Positions 54,141-64,000 of a stretch of DNA of 64,000 bases are shown piece after piece. This DNA comes from Nitrospirota bacterium (GTDB taxonomy: Bacteria > Nitrospirota > UBA9217): NCBI GenBank assembly GCA_963741205.1, contig CAVUHW010000027.1, positions 135,894 to 199,893 of the forward strand, written 5' to 3'. A model generated the notes under the pieces. It did not search any database. It was given only the letters and a program-made list of their open reading frames with translations, and had not been told where the DNA came from. A program made the translations under genes and the position numbers. The stretch's first letter is position 1; each line of letters opens with the position of its first letter.

Positions 54141-55048
54141 ATGAAATCGACAGGGAGATCAACGCTCACGGCAGTGCTGCTCATAGCAACGCTTGTTGCC
54201 TGCGCGACAAGCCATACCGGGGGAGGATTGCGGTCGCTGGGAAATCTTATTGTAAACGGACCACAGGATTCGACGGGAGCGTGCATGTGAGCACGAAGGT
54301 GATGTATACGTTAAGGAACATCCATGAAGGAAAGCATTATACACTGCGCACCGAGATTGCCGTGTTACCGCTCACACAGGACCGGACGGGACTTTGACGA
54401 TGGACATTTATGAGAGTGCGGACGCGTTCATAAACAATCCGACCGTCACCGGTGGCGAGCGCATCCCCGCAGCCTGCGCCCAATGCGAATATTTATGAGG
54501 TGTATTTTCCTGCCCTTCATCCGGCGATTATGTGGTGGTGATAAATGGCGCTTCGTCAACAGTCGAGCACTATTCAGTTTTTTTACAACCTGAGGCTTAT
54601 GTCGGCTGATCCTGATCCGACGGCAGTGCCGCCTGTTTTGACGCCATTCACCAATCCGACGACCACTCCCTTTCAAGCGGTACAGATTGTTCCATTGAAC
54701 CCCGGTAGTCTGAATGTCTATAACGGCGGCGACCTCGCTTCGTCAGGCACCTTTACCATCAGCCTCGTCTCGAGCGCCACCACGACCATAGCCAATCCCC
54801 AGATATTCGTGTACCTTGACAGCTCGCTGACGATAAGCAGCCTGATGGTGTCAAGCATTCCTACTTCCACGAATTTCGTCGTAACTCGTTTTAGCTCCGG
54901 CGTTCCGGACACTGAACGATCCACTGCAACTGGATACCAATGTCATCAAGCGGCGTTACCTTTACCTCGCGGCGATAACGGCGGCCCATTCATCGTTCTG
55001 AAGGGTTTCGTCGGCTTGGTGACTTATACCCTCACCGTCGGACCGTAG
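54141..55048 (+). CDS. Hypothetical beta-rich lipoprotein broken by several frameshifts (errors or pseudogene)
   Basis: Lipobox LVAC; plausible segments KVMYTLRNI..KHYTLRT, DGTLTMDIYES, YEVYF, SGDYVVVING join ORF 54545..55048. Confidence 0.55.
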
Positions 55049-55117
55049 GAGATCAACGCTCCCCGAAGACCTCTTTTTTATTGACTTTATCCCCGCCAAC
55101 AAGGTAGTTTCCCTTCT

Positions 55118-55579
55118 ATGATTCGCAAGGCAAAATTGACCGATGTGAAGTCGATCCAGGCTATCGTCAACCAGTACGCAGAAGGGGGGCAGATGCTCCC
55201 CCGCACCTTGAACGAGCTCTACGAAAATCTGCGCGACTTTCACGTGTACGAGCAGGACGGCTCGCTCATCGGCGTATGCGCGCTCCACGTGAGTTGGGAC
55301 GGTCTTGCCGAGATCCGCTCGCTCGCGGTCCGGCCGGACAGGGTCAAACACGGCGTCGGCTCGGAGCTGGTCCGGCAATGCCTGACGGAAGCCGCGGCGC
55401 TTCAGGTTGCGCGGGTGTTCGTGCTGACCTACCAGGATAATTTTTTCAGGAAGCTCGGCTTTACCGATGTAGACAAAAAAGAACTGCCTCACAAAATATG
55501 GACCGACTGCCTTAACTGCGTCAAGTTTCCTGATTGCGACGAGTCCGCCCTTATCATCAACATCGCTCCCACATCGTAG
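55118..55579 (+). CDS. GNAT N-acetyltransferase, short ArgA-like
   Basis: IRKA, MLPR..ELYE..RDF, AEIRSLAV, FVLTY..FF.KLGF, LPHKIW.DC..C.KF..CDE. Confidence 0.88.
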   Translation: MIRKAKLTDVKSIQAIVNQYAEGGQMLPRTLNELYENLRDFHVYEQDGSLIGVCALHVSWDGLAEIRSLAVRPDRVKHGVGSELVRQCLTEAAALQVARVFVLTYQDNFFRKLGFTDVDKKELPHKIWTDCLNCVKFPDCDESALIINIAPTS

Positions 55580-55667
55580 ACCGCCGTCATGGCATTCGGA
55601 TTGCATTCCTGCACCGCAAGGTTGACATCGATCTGTTCCGGTCTTTTTTGATCGCTGATAAAACCAT

Positions 55668-56798
55668 ATGTTATCCCTCTATATACATATTCCCTATTGT
55701 GTTAAAAAATGCCCGTACTGTGGCTTTTATTCAACAGGCTATTCAAGGAAAAGCTCCGACGAATTTATTGACGCACTGCGCCGTGAGTCCGCGGGCTATC
55801 ATGACGACTGCGGGAAGCTGGTCTTTCAGAGCGTTTATATCGGAGGCGGAACACCGACGGTCCTTTCTCTCGGGCAGATAAAAAGAATCGGGGAGATCAT
55901 AGCGAACCATTTTCCTCTGGATGCCTCTGCCGAGTTCACCGTGGAGGCGAACCCGAACACGGTTTCTTCGCGGAAGCTCGCGGCGTGGCGGGCGATCGGC
56001 GCGAACCGGATATCTCTGGGTGTTCAATCGTTCTCAGACGATGTTCTCTGCGTCCTCGGGAGGCTGCACACCGCCGAACAGGCAAAGTCAGCCCTTCGCC
56101 TGGCGAGAAACACGGGGTTCCAAAACATCGGCATGGACCTCATCTACGGCGTTCCGGGCCAGACCATGCCGCAGTGGAAAACAACACTGGAAACGGCTGT
56201 TTTGTGCAGACCAGAGCATCTGTCGGTCTACAGCCTGTCCATCGATGATGGCTCATTGTTCAAACAGGAGGTAGAGGCGGGCCGGTTCACCGCTCCTGAT
56301 GACGACTTGGCTGCCGACATGTACGAGTGCGCAGCAGAAATGCTGTCCTGCGCGGGCTACCGGCGTTATGAGATCTCAAACTTCTCTCTGCCCGGTTTCG
56401 AGTGCCGGCACAACCTCAACTACTGGGAGCGAGGCGAATATCTTGGACTCGGTCCGGCTGCCTGGTCTTTCCTGAGGGGACGGAGATACCACAACATTGC
56501 CGATATCAGTGAGTATGCGAAACGACTTCTCTCAGGGGCGTCGGCAGTCGCAGACTCAGAGATCACGCTGGAAGAGCAGGCATCGAGGGAGACGCTTCTG
56601 CTCAGCCTCAGGACCATGAAGGGATTGGACTTGGACCGGTACCGGCGCGAGTATGGCCCCTCACTGTCAGAGAGGCTTGAAACTGCGATGGCCCCGCTCC
56701 GCGAGGCCGGTCTCATTTACGTGCAGGATGGGAGGTTGATGTTATCGGAACGCGGAATTATGCTGTCAAATGAGGCGCTTTCGAGGCTGTCAGCATAG
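55668..56798 (+). CDS. hemW: Radical SAM heme chaperone HemW
   Basis: LYIHIPYCVKKCPYCGF, GGGTP, NRISLGVQ, YEISNF, HNLNYW. Confidence 0.92.
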   Translation: MLSLYIHIPYCVKKCPYCGFYSTGYSRKSSDEFIDALRRESAGYHDDCGKLVFQSVYIGGGTPTVLSLGQIKRIGEIIANHFPLDASAEFTVEANPNTVSSRKLAAWRAIGANRISLGVQSFSDDVLCVLGRLHTAEQAKSALRLARNTGFQNIGMDLIYGVPGQTMPQWKTTLETAVLCRPEHLSVYSLSIDDGSLFKQEVEAGRFTAPDDDLAADMYECAAEMLSCAGYRRYEISNFSLPGFECRHNLNYWERGEYLGLGPAAWSFLRGRRYHNIADISEYAKRLLSGASAVADSEITLEEQASRETLLLSLRTMKGLDLDRYRREYGPSLSERLETAMAPLREAGLIYVQDGRLMLSERGIMLSNEALSRLSA

Positions 56799-56805
56799 AT
56801 TTTTG

Positions 56806-56834
56806 TTTACACCTTTACAGCTCCATGATATAGT
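56806..56834 (+). promoter_or_regulatory. Putative promoter of the bamA operon
   Basis: TTTACA-N17-TATAGT with a TG extension. Confidence 0.45.
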
Positions 56835-56873
56835 AGTCCGTTCCAAATCGGAAAGCTGGAGGTCGTTCGAAAC

Positions 56874-59424
56874 GTGCATAGACAGCGTGCTGCCGCCGTT
56901 GGGGCATTGGTCGCGATAATGATATTTTTTTTCGCGCTCCCCGGTGCGGCAGAAGAGGTTCGCCCCGTTACGGAGTCTTCGAACAGCCAGCGGGAGGAGT
57001 CCTCAGGTGTTATTGACCTGGCGTTAGCCGACAAAGCGATTGGCCCATCCAAGGCACCGGATGCGGCGGAAGTTTCAAGCGGGATCAAGGTGACCCTGGT
57101 CGAGGTCCAGGGAAACAAGAGAATCGAGACGGCGACTATTCTGGCCAAGGTGAAAACAAGGGAGGGAGAATTGTTCTCTCCCACTCAGATCAAGGAGGAC
57201 ATCAAGGTCCTCTATCAACTCGGTCACTTCGAGGATGTGCAGGTAAAGACCGAGGGGTTTGAAAACGGGCTTAAGGTCATCTTCGTGGTTAAGGAGAAAC
57301 CCCTCATCCGGGAGATTACCTTCGAAGGCAACGACGAGCTTACCGTGGAAAAGTTGAAAGAAGGCCTCACCCTGCTGCCGAGGAGCGCCTTCAATCTCCA
57401 ACTGATCAACGAAAATGCCGAAAAGACCCGGCTTAAATACCAGGACGCGGGATACTATGACGCTGTCGTCGTTCCCGTGATTACCGAACTTCGGGGCGGC
57501 GATAGAAATGTTGTTTTTTATATCGAAGAAGGAGAAAAAATAAAGCTCCAGGACATCATCATCACCGGCAACAAGGCCATCCCGACAAAGGATATCAAGG
57601 ACGCCCTGAAGTCTCAGGAGTACTGGTTATTCTCCTCTCTCGGCCGAAGCGGAACGCTCCGGACGGAAGAACTGCGGGAGGACGTGGAAACGATCAAAAA
57701 CATGTACTACAACAAGGGGTATATCCAGGTGCAGGTTGATGAACCGGTCATCAAGCCGAAGCAGGTCACTTTTCGCGAGTGTTATTTCTGGGGCGACCCG
57801 AAGACCTTTACGAGGAAGAGCGAACTCGTCGTCAGCATAAATATCAAGGAAGGCGACCAATTCCGCGTCGGTTCCCTGACGTTCAAGGGGAACCAGCTTC
57901 TCTCGACAGAGGAGCTGGAGAGGGAAACGAAGCTCAAAAAAGGAGATATCTTCAACAGGGACGGTCTGCGGCAGGACGTGGGCAGGATCATCGACCGGTA
58001 CGACAGCATGGCCCGTCCTTTCGCAAACGTGGTTCCGCTTTTTAATATCGATGCGGAGAAGAAGACCGTCGCGATCACGATCGACATCCAGGAAGGCGGG
58101 GAGGTGAGGATCGGCCGGATCGACATCACGGGCAACACAAAAACGCGGGACAAAGTGGTCCGCAGGGAAATACGGCTCGACGAGGGCGATCTCTACAGCA
58201 AAAAAGCGCTCAAGAGAAGTTACGAGCGGATCAATAACCTTAATTTCTTCGAGACCGTCGATATCGGGCAAGAGCGCAGGCAGCAGGAACCCATCATGGA
58301 CCTGAATGTCAAGGTGAAGGAGAAGCTGACGGGCACGCTCTCCGTCGGCGGCGGATACAGCTCGGTCGACAAACTGGTCGGGATCGCCGAGGTGACCCAG
58401 GGAAACCTTGGGGGCCGCGGCCAGCTCCTCAAGTTCAAAATGCAAGTCGGCGGCACACGACAGTTCTACGACCTCAGCTTCATGGAGCCCTACCTCTTCG
58501 ACAAGCCGATCTGGGGCAGGGTAGACCTCTACAACCAGACTCAGGACTTCGACGGTTACAAGCTCAAGTCGAACGGGTTTGCTCTTTCCGCGGGCCACAA
58601 CTACAGCGAATACATCTCGACCTCGGTACGGTACAGCCTGGACAATTCGAGCACAACGGATATAACAACTTCGTCGTTCGCGTTAGACACCCAGTTGAAC
58701 AGTTACGGCAATCGCATCACCACGAGCGCGATCACCTGGAGCATCACGCGGGATTCGCGCGACTTCTATCTCGACCCGAAGACGGGCTCGAAGAACACCG
58801 TCTTCATCGAGTATGCAGGCGGTGCGCTCGGCGGCGATCCGAATTTTGTGAAGACCGTTGCAGATTCAGCCTGGTACTTCCCGCTGTTCTGGGACACGGT
58901 AATCATGGCCCGCGGCACGGTTCGGGTACGTCGAGTCCCTCATTGATAAGCCCGTTCCCTTGGGAGAGCGGTTCTACGTGGGGGGGCCGACGACGGTCCG
59001 GGGTTTCCGGTACGGCACCGCAGGCCCCTTGGAACCGGTGTACGGCGCCGTCGTGACCAATCCGACAACCGGCAATGTCAAGACCAATCCCGCCACCGGG
59101 CAGCCGACCGTCTTCGGTCAGACACCCGTCGGATTCAACCGTACCGGCGGGAACAAGGAAGTAGTCTTTAATTTCGAGTTCAGCTTCCCGATCGTGCCCG
59201 CCGCGAGGCTGAAGGGCGTGTTGTTCTACGATATCGGGAAGGGATTTTCAACGGATGAGGCCCCGGAGAGCGTAAAATTTTCCGAACTCCGCCAGTCCTA
59301 TGGGTGGGGGTTCTGGTGGCTGTCGCCCATCGGACCGCTCCGGTTCGAATGGGCTTATATCATACAAAAGAGGCCCGAGGACCAGCCGAGCCAGTTCGAG
59401 TTTTCCATCGGAGCGCTGTTTTGA
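56874..59424 (+). CDS. bamA: Outer membrane assembly factor BamA (frameshift near 58918)
   Basis: POTRA repeats, GNTKTRDKVVRRE, NLGGRGQ, VRGF, SPIGPLR, terminal FSIGALF. Confidence 0.96.
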
Positions 59425-59527
59425 GGCTCCCTGAGTGCATGCTGAGAGGGAGGAGCCAGGAGCTTCCCCTTGTTCATCACACCTTGCTATGATCAGAATT
59501 TAATATAACTTCGAGGAGGGAGTCATT

Positions 59528-60091
59528 ATGAAAAGGCAGGCAGTATTGACCGGTTTGATCATGCTTCTCTTTGCAACGAGCGCCATGGCCGCGGGCGGAA
59601 AGATCGCCTTTGTCGACACGCAGACGGTGTTCGATAAGTCGAAACTGGGGAAGAAATATCAGGGCACTGTTCGGGAATACTATGAAAGCAGAAAAAAGAT
59701 CCTCGATTTGGACGCTGAGGAGATCCAGAAGCTGCAGGATGAATATGCAAAACAGAAGCAGGGGAAGCTCCTGAACGAGAAGGCGCAGAAGGAAAAAGAA
59801 GAAACGCTCAACCGCAAGATCAGCGATTTTCAGAAGAAGCGGGATGAGTTCAGCGGCGAGATCAGCAAGAAGAACGAAGAGTTGTCCAATGAATTCAACC
59901 AGCAGATGGTCGCCGTTCTCAAGGAAATCGTCAAAAAGGAAAAGGTCTCCATGGTCCTGAACAAAACCATCAACGTCCTCTCGAAGGCGGAAGTCCCGTC
60001 GGTCCTGTACGGAGACGAGGATCTGGACCTGACCGAGAAGGTTACCGCCGAATTGGACAAAATGGAGAAGAAGGAAGAACCGAAGCCGTAG
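59528..60091 (+). CDS. skp: Periplasmic chaperone Skp/OmpH
   Basis: Signal peptide, KIAFVD, coiled coil, DLTEKV; synteny after bamA. Confidence 0.92.
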   Translation: MKRQAVLTGLIMLLFATSAMAAGGKIAFVDTQTVFDKSKLGKKYQGTVREYYESRKKILDLDAEEIQKLQDEYAKQKQGKLLNEKAQKEKEETLNRKISDFQKKRDEFSGEISKKNEELSNEFNQQMVAVLKEIVKKEKVSMVLNKTINVLSKAEVPSVLYGDEDLDLTEKVTAELDKMEKKEEPKP

Positions 60092-60126
60092 CAGGCGGCC
60101 TCGCGTCGCGACAGGATCGATTCATT

Positions 60127-61173
60127 ATGAGACTCAAGGAATTGGCAGACAAGCTGAACGCCGAGTTGTCCGGTCCCGGCGAAGCGGAAATTACCGGCGT
60201 GGCGGGAATCGAAGACGCCGGCGAGGGGTTCATTACCTTTATTACCGGGAAGAACCAATTGAAGGCCTTGGAACAAACCAGGGCCTCGGCGGCGTTCGTG
60301 CCTACTGACACGCCGGCGATGGCGCTGCCGCTGCTTCGCGTAAATAATCCCCGCCTTGCTTTTGCCCGTGCACTGGGATTGTTTTACGTTAAGCCGGGCC
60401 AACCCACCGGCGTCAGCGAGAGGGCCTCAATCGGAGCCAACGTGGTGATCGGCGCCGATCCCTCCATCCATGCCTGCGCAGTCGTGGACGCAGACGCTCG
60501 GATAGGAGATCGTGTAACGCTCTACCCCGGCGTGTATGTCGGCAAGGGCTCCTCGATCGGCGATGACACCCTTGTCTACCCGAATGTGAGCATCGGGCCC
60601 GGGATAACCATCGGCAAGCGCGTCATCATCCAGGCCGGCGCGGCCATCGGCGGCGACGGCTTCGGGTTCGTCACCGACGCGGGCGAGCACCATAAAATAC
60701 CCCAGGTAGGCGGCGTGATCATCGAAGACGATGTCGAGATCGGCGCCAACAGCGCTGTTGACCGGGCAACGCTCGGTAATACCGTAATCAGGAAGGGCAC
60801 GAAAATCGACAATCTGGTGCAGGTTGCTCATAACGTATCGATCGGCGAGCACTGCATCCTTGCCGGTCAGGTTGGCATTGCCGGAAGCAGCACGCTCGGA
60901 AACCACGTTGTCCTCGGGGGCCGCGTCGGGGTGGGCGACCACATAACGATCGGCGACAAGGTAATGGCCGGAGGCGGCACAGCCATTGTCCGGGACGTGG
61001 AGCCCGGACAGGTCATCGCCGGTTTCAATGCCATGCCGATCAGGGACTGGCTCAAGGTGCAGGCAATTTTGCCGAAGCTGCCCGAGATTAAAAGATCGCT
61101 GGCAGGGCTTGAGAAGCAGGTGCAGGAACTGAAGCAACGGATATCAGAGCTGACAAAGGAGGATAAAGCATGA
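60127..61173 (+). CDS. lpxD: UDP-3-O-acyl-glucosamine N-acyltransferase
   Basis: Hexapeptide repeats, [22 protein letters not shown]. Confidence 0.97.
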   Translation: MRLKELADKLNAELSGPGEAEITGVAGIEDAGEGFITFITGKNQLKALEQTRASAAFVPTDTPAMALPLLRVNNPRLAFARALGLFYVKPGQPTGVSERASIGANVVIGADPSIHACAVVDADARIGDRVTLYPGVYVGKGSSIGDDTLVYPNVSIGPGITIGKRVIIQAGAAIGGDGFGFVTDAGEHHKIPQVGGVIIEDDVEIGANSAVDRATLGNTVIRKGTKIDNLVQVAHNVSIGEHCILAGQVGIAGSSTLGNHVVLGGRVGVGDHITIGDKVMAGGGTAIVRDVEPGQVIAGFNAMPIRDWLKVQAILPKLPEIKRSLAGLEKQVQELKQRISELTKEDKA

Positions 61174-61607
61174 TTGGAATTCAGGAGATTATGGAAACGC
61201 TTCCTCACCGGTACCCGTTTCTACTGGTCGACAAGATCGTTGAGATAGAAATTGGAAAACGGGTTGTAGGCATCAAAAACGTAACAATAAACGAGCCTTT
61301 TTTCCAAGGACATTTTCCCGGGCATCCGATCATGCCGGGGGTCCTTCTGCTCGAAGCCATGGCGCAGACCGGAGGGGTGCTGGCGATGAAATCGGTCCCG
61401 CCGGACCAGGTCAAGAATAAGGTAATCTATTTCATGAGCATCGACAAAGCAAAATTCCGCAAGCCGGTCATACCGGGCGACCAGGTGCGGTTCGAACTCG
61501 ACGTGATAAAACAGCGCTCCAATATCATGAGTCTCAAGGCTCAGGCGCTTGTTGATGGCGCGGTCGTAGCCGAGGCCGAGCTGATGGCTATGATCGTGGA
61601 TAAGTAG
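61170..61607 (+). CDS. fabZ: 3-hydroxyacyl-ACP dehydratase
   Basis: [29 protein letters not shown]. Confidence 0.98.
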   Translation: MIGIQEIMETLPHRYPFLLVDKIVEIEIGKRVVGIKNVTINEPFFQGHFPGHPIMPGVLLLEAMAQTGGVLAMKSVPPDQVKNKVIYFMSIDKAKFRKPVIPGDQVRFELDVIKQRSNIMSLKAQALVDGAVVAEAELMAMIVDK

Positions 61608-61610
61608 AGT

Positions 61611-62409
61611 ATGCAGAAAACTCTTGAGAACAAGAGTAATATCCATCCGACTGCCATCGTGCATCCCGAGCGCCCGGATTGCAGAAGATGTCGAGATCGG
61701 CCCCTACGCGGTCATCGGCGAACACGTCACGATCGGATCGGGGACCAAGGTCGCGTCCCATGTCCTGATCGAAGGCTGGACCACGATCGGCGAACGAAAC
61801 CAGATCCATTCGTTTTCAAGCATCGGGACGCAGCCCCAGGACATCGGATACCGGAATGAAGAAACCTATCTCGTCATCGGCGATGACAACGTGATTCGTG
61901 AATGCGCGACCGTTCACCGCGCGACGACCAAGGAAGACCGCAAGACGGTCATCGGCAACAAGAACTTTCTCATGGCTTACTCCCACGTGGCGCATGACTG
62001 CAAGCTCGGCAACAACATCATCATGGCGAACTCCGTTGCCCTCGGCGGCCATATCGTGATCGGCGATCATGCCATCGTAGGCGGCATCGTCGCGGTCCAC
62101 CAGTTTGTCAGGATCGGCCCCTATGCCATTATCGGCGGTCAGTCCGCCGTTTCGCTGGACATCCCGCCCTACGTGAGCGCGGCGGGTAACCGCGCGCAGC
62201 TCTATGGCTTGAACCTGATCGGGCTGAAGAGAAAAGGATTTACCGATCAGACCATCGCCAAGCTCAAGAAGGCGTATAAAATAATCTTTCGATCGGGCCT
62301 TACCCAGGAAGAGGCGATGCAAAAGACGCTTGACGAGATTACGGGTTGCCCGGAAGTGAGCATGCTGGTCGAATTCATCCGGACTTCAAAACGGGGAATC
62401 ACGAGGTAG
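61611..62409 (+). CDS. lpxA: UDP-GlcNAc acyltransferase (frameshift near 61670)
   Basis: IHPTAIVHP then EIGPY, PQD, HVAHDC, VHQF, GLN.IGLKR. Confidence 0.96.
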
Positions 62410-62466
62410 CGCAATTCGGAATTCCCCCGATGGAGCCATTCGAAGGCAGGCTCCTCGCGGAATGCG

Positions 62467-62507
62467 CCCTGCACTCGCGCGAGCACTCGTAAGCGCTGGG
62501 TGCAGGC
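62467..62507. repeat. CCTGCAC...GTGCAGG mini-hairpin repeat, copy 2
   Basis: Near reverse complement of 15518..15559. Confidence 0.7.
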
Positions 62508-62562
62508 GGAATGAAAGATAAACCGGAGAAACCGTCAAGTTCGTAATTCGAATGAACACCGT

Positions 62563-63384
62563 ATGGAAAAAATCGGCTTAATAGCAGGAAACGGCAATTT
62601 CCCCATCGCCTTCGCCCGCGCCGCAAAAGAAAAAGGAATGCAGGTCATCGCCGTAGCCCACGAAGGCGAGACCCTCCCCGAGCTGGCGCAATGGGTCGAC
62701 GGCATCTTCTGGATCAAGGTAGGACAGCTCGGTAAGCTCATCTCGATATTCCACGATCAGGGAGTGAAGGACGTGCTCATGGCAGGCGGCATCAAGAAGA
62801 CCCGCCTCTTTAGGGGAGGCTTACCGGACCTGCGGGGCGCAGCCCTGCTCGCCAAGATGATACACAAGAAAGACGATTCCATCCTTCGCTCCGTCGCGCG
62901 GGAACTCGAATCCGAGGGCATCACGGTCCGTGAATCGACGCTCTACCTCGACAATATCGTGGCGCGGCAGGGTATCTTGACGAAGAACAAACCGTCAAAG
63001 GATGAAAAACGGGATATCGAGTTCGGCTGGGGCATGGCGAAGGAAATCGGCAGGCTCGATATCGGCCAGACGGTGGTCGTGAAAGATCAGGCCGTGCTTG
63101 CCGTTGAGGCGATCGAGGGCACCGACGAGGCTGTTCGCCGCGGCGGGTTGCTCTGCGGCGGGGGCGCCGTCGTTGTCAAAGTCTGCAAACCCCAGCAGGA
63201 CCTGCGCTTCGATCTCCCCGCTGTCGGCGTACTTACGATCCAGACTATGGTCCAGGTCAAGGCCTCCTGTCTCGCGGTGGAAGCGGGCAAGACCATTATC
63301 ATCGATCGCGATACGGTAATTCGGGACGCCGAGCAGGCGGGCATCTCGATCGTAGCGCTTCGCGACCCAAAGGACCTTGCATGA
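62563..63384 (+). CDS. lpxI: UDP-2,3-diacylglucosamine diphosphatase LpxI
   Basis: GLIAGNG.FP, DIGQTVVV, AVEAIEGTD, KPQQDLRFDLP. Confidence 0.95.
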   Translation: MEKIGLIAGNGNFPIAFARAAKEKGMQVIAVAHEGETLPELAQWVDGIFWIKVGQLGKLISIFHDQGVKDVLMAGGIKKTRLFRGGLPDLRGAALLAKMIHKKDDSILRSVARELESEGITVRESTLYLDNIVARQGILTKNKPSKDEKRDIEFGWGMAKEIGRLDIGQTVVVKDQAVLAVEAIEGTDEAVRRGGLLCGGGAVVVKVCKPQQDLRFDLPAVGVLTIQTMVQVKASCLAVEAGKTIIIDRDTVIRDAEQAGISIVALRDPKDLA

Positions 63385-64000
63385 AGAAAGTGAGAGTCGG
63401 AGTCATCGGCGTTGGATACCTCGGCCGGTTTCACGCGGAAAAATACGCGGCCCTTCCCGACATCGAACTCGTCGGTATCGTGGACCCCGACCTGCCCAGG
63501 GTTGAGAAGATCGCAGATAATTTGCAAACGCGTCCCTTCACGGACCCCCTGGAGCTGATCGGACGGGTGGACGCGGTGAGTATTGTCGTGCCGACGGTCC
63601 TGCATTATCATATCGCAAAACCATTCCTGGAGCGGGGCGTTCATGTGCTCCTCGAAAAGCCCGTCACGGTAACCCTCGAGCAGGCGGATGAACTCATCGC
63701 TCTGGCTGACCGCAAGGGGCTGATACTCCAGGTGGGGCTTATCGAACGGTTTAACCCGGCGTTGACCGCCGTGCGGCCGCTGATCAAGTCTCCCCGGTAT
63801 CTGACCGCGGAACGGGCGGCGCCGTTCACCGTTCGTTGCACCGACGTCAGTGTCGTGCTGGACCTCATGATTCATGACCTCGATATCGTGACGGTCCTGG
63901 CGGGATCGGCGCCGAAGGCGCTGAGCGCGGCAGGCGCCGCGGTCATCACCGGCGCGATCGACACGGCATCGGTTCGGATCATATTCGAGAACGGATGTAT
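63381..64000 (+). CDS. Gfo/Idh/MocA oxidoreductase, possibly GnnA (runs off window)
   Basis: Manual translation: VGVIGVGYLGRFHAEKY, VPTVLH, LLEKP, IERFNPA, DVSVVLDLMIHDLD. Confidence 0.88.
   Translation, partial: MKKVRVGVIGVGYLGRFHAEKYAALPDIELVGIVDPDLPRVEKIADNLQTRPFTDPLELIGRVDAVSIVVPTVLHYHIAKPFLERGVHVLLEKPVTVTLEQADELIALADRKGLILQVGLIERFNPALTAVRPLIKSPRYLTAERAAPFTVRCTDVSVVLDLMIHDLDIVTVLAGSAPKALSAAGAAVITGAIDTASVRIIFENGC

Overview
GC-rich diderm bacterial chromosome segment, mostly housekeeping. Gene content and order suggest an anaerobe of Nitrospirota/Desulfobacterota type (inference only). In order: hypD-hypE, MATE pump, a convergent NtrC/sensor-kinase/receiver set, tldD-mog, Yip1/DUF2752, UbiD-type decarboxylase-corC-purC, a ~4 kb accessory patch (15.5-19.8 kb), lysS-lolE-lolD, ccsA-hemA-hemC-cobA/hemD-hesB-hemB, YtxH, DUF3108, APC permease, an uncharacterised operon (34.2-38.6 kb), rimP-nusA-ylxR-infB-rbfA-nrnA-truB-rpsO-pnp, clpC, argA-like, hemW, and bamA-skp-lpxD-fabZ-lpxA-lpxI-Gfo/Idh/MocA. 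Many essential genes carry 1-bp frameshifts, most simply explained as long-read consensus errors. Best candidate for an undescribed system: two coupled, full-length paralogous exported proteins (one Sec-type, one lipoprotein) with Gly/Ala-rich hydrophobic helices, the lipoprotein carrying two blocks of 33-aa (3x11) repeats, followed by a WbuC cupin. Other highlights: a CxxCH motif inside a Cache-type kinase sensor; a truncated tnpB whose preserved right end abuts a Tn3 transposase catalytic-motif fragment; an orphan attC in front of a repeat-containing SPFH protein; and several families of intergenic palindromic repeats, some nested.
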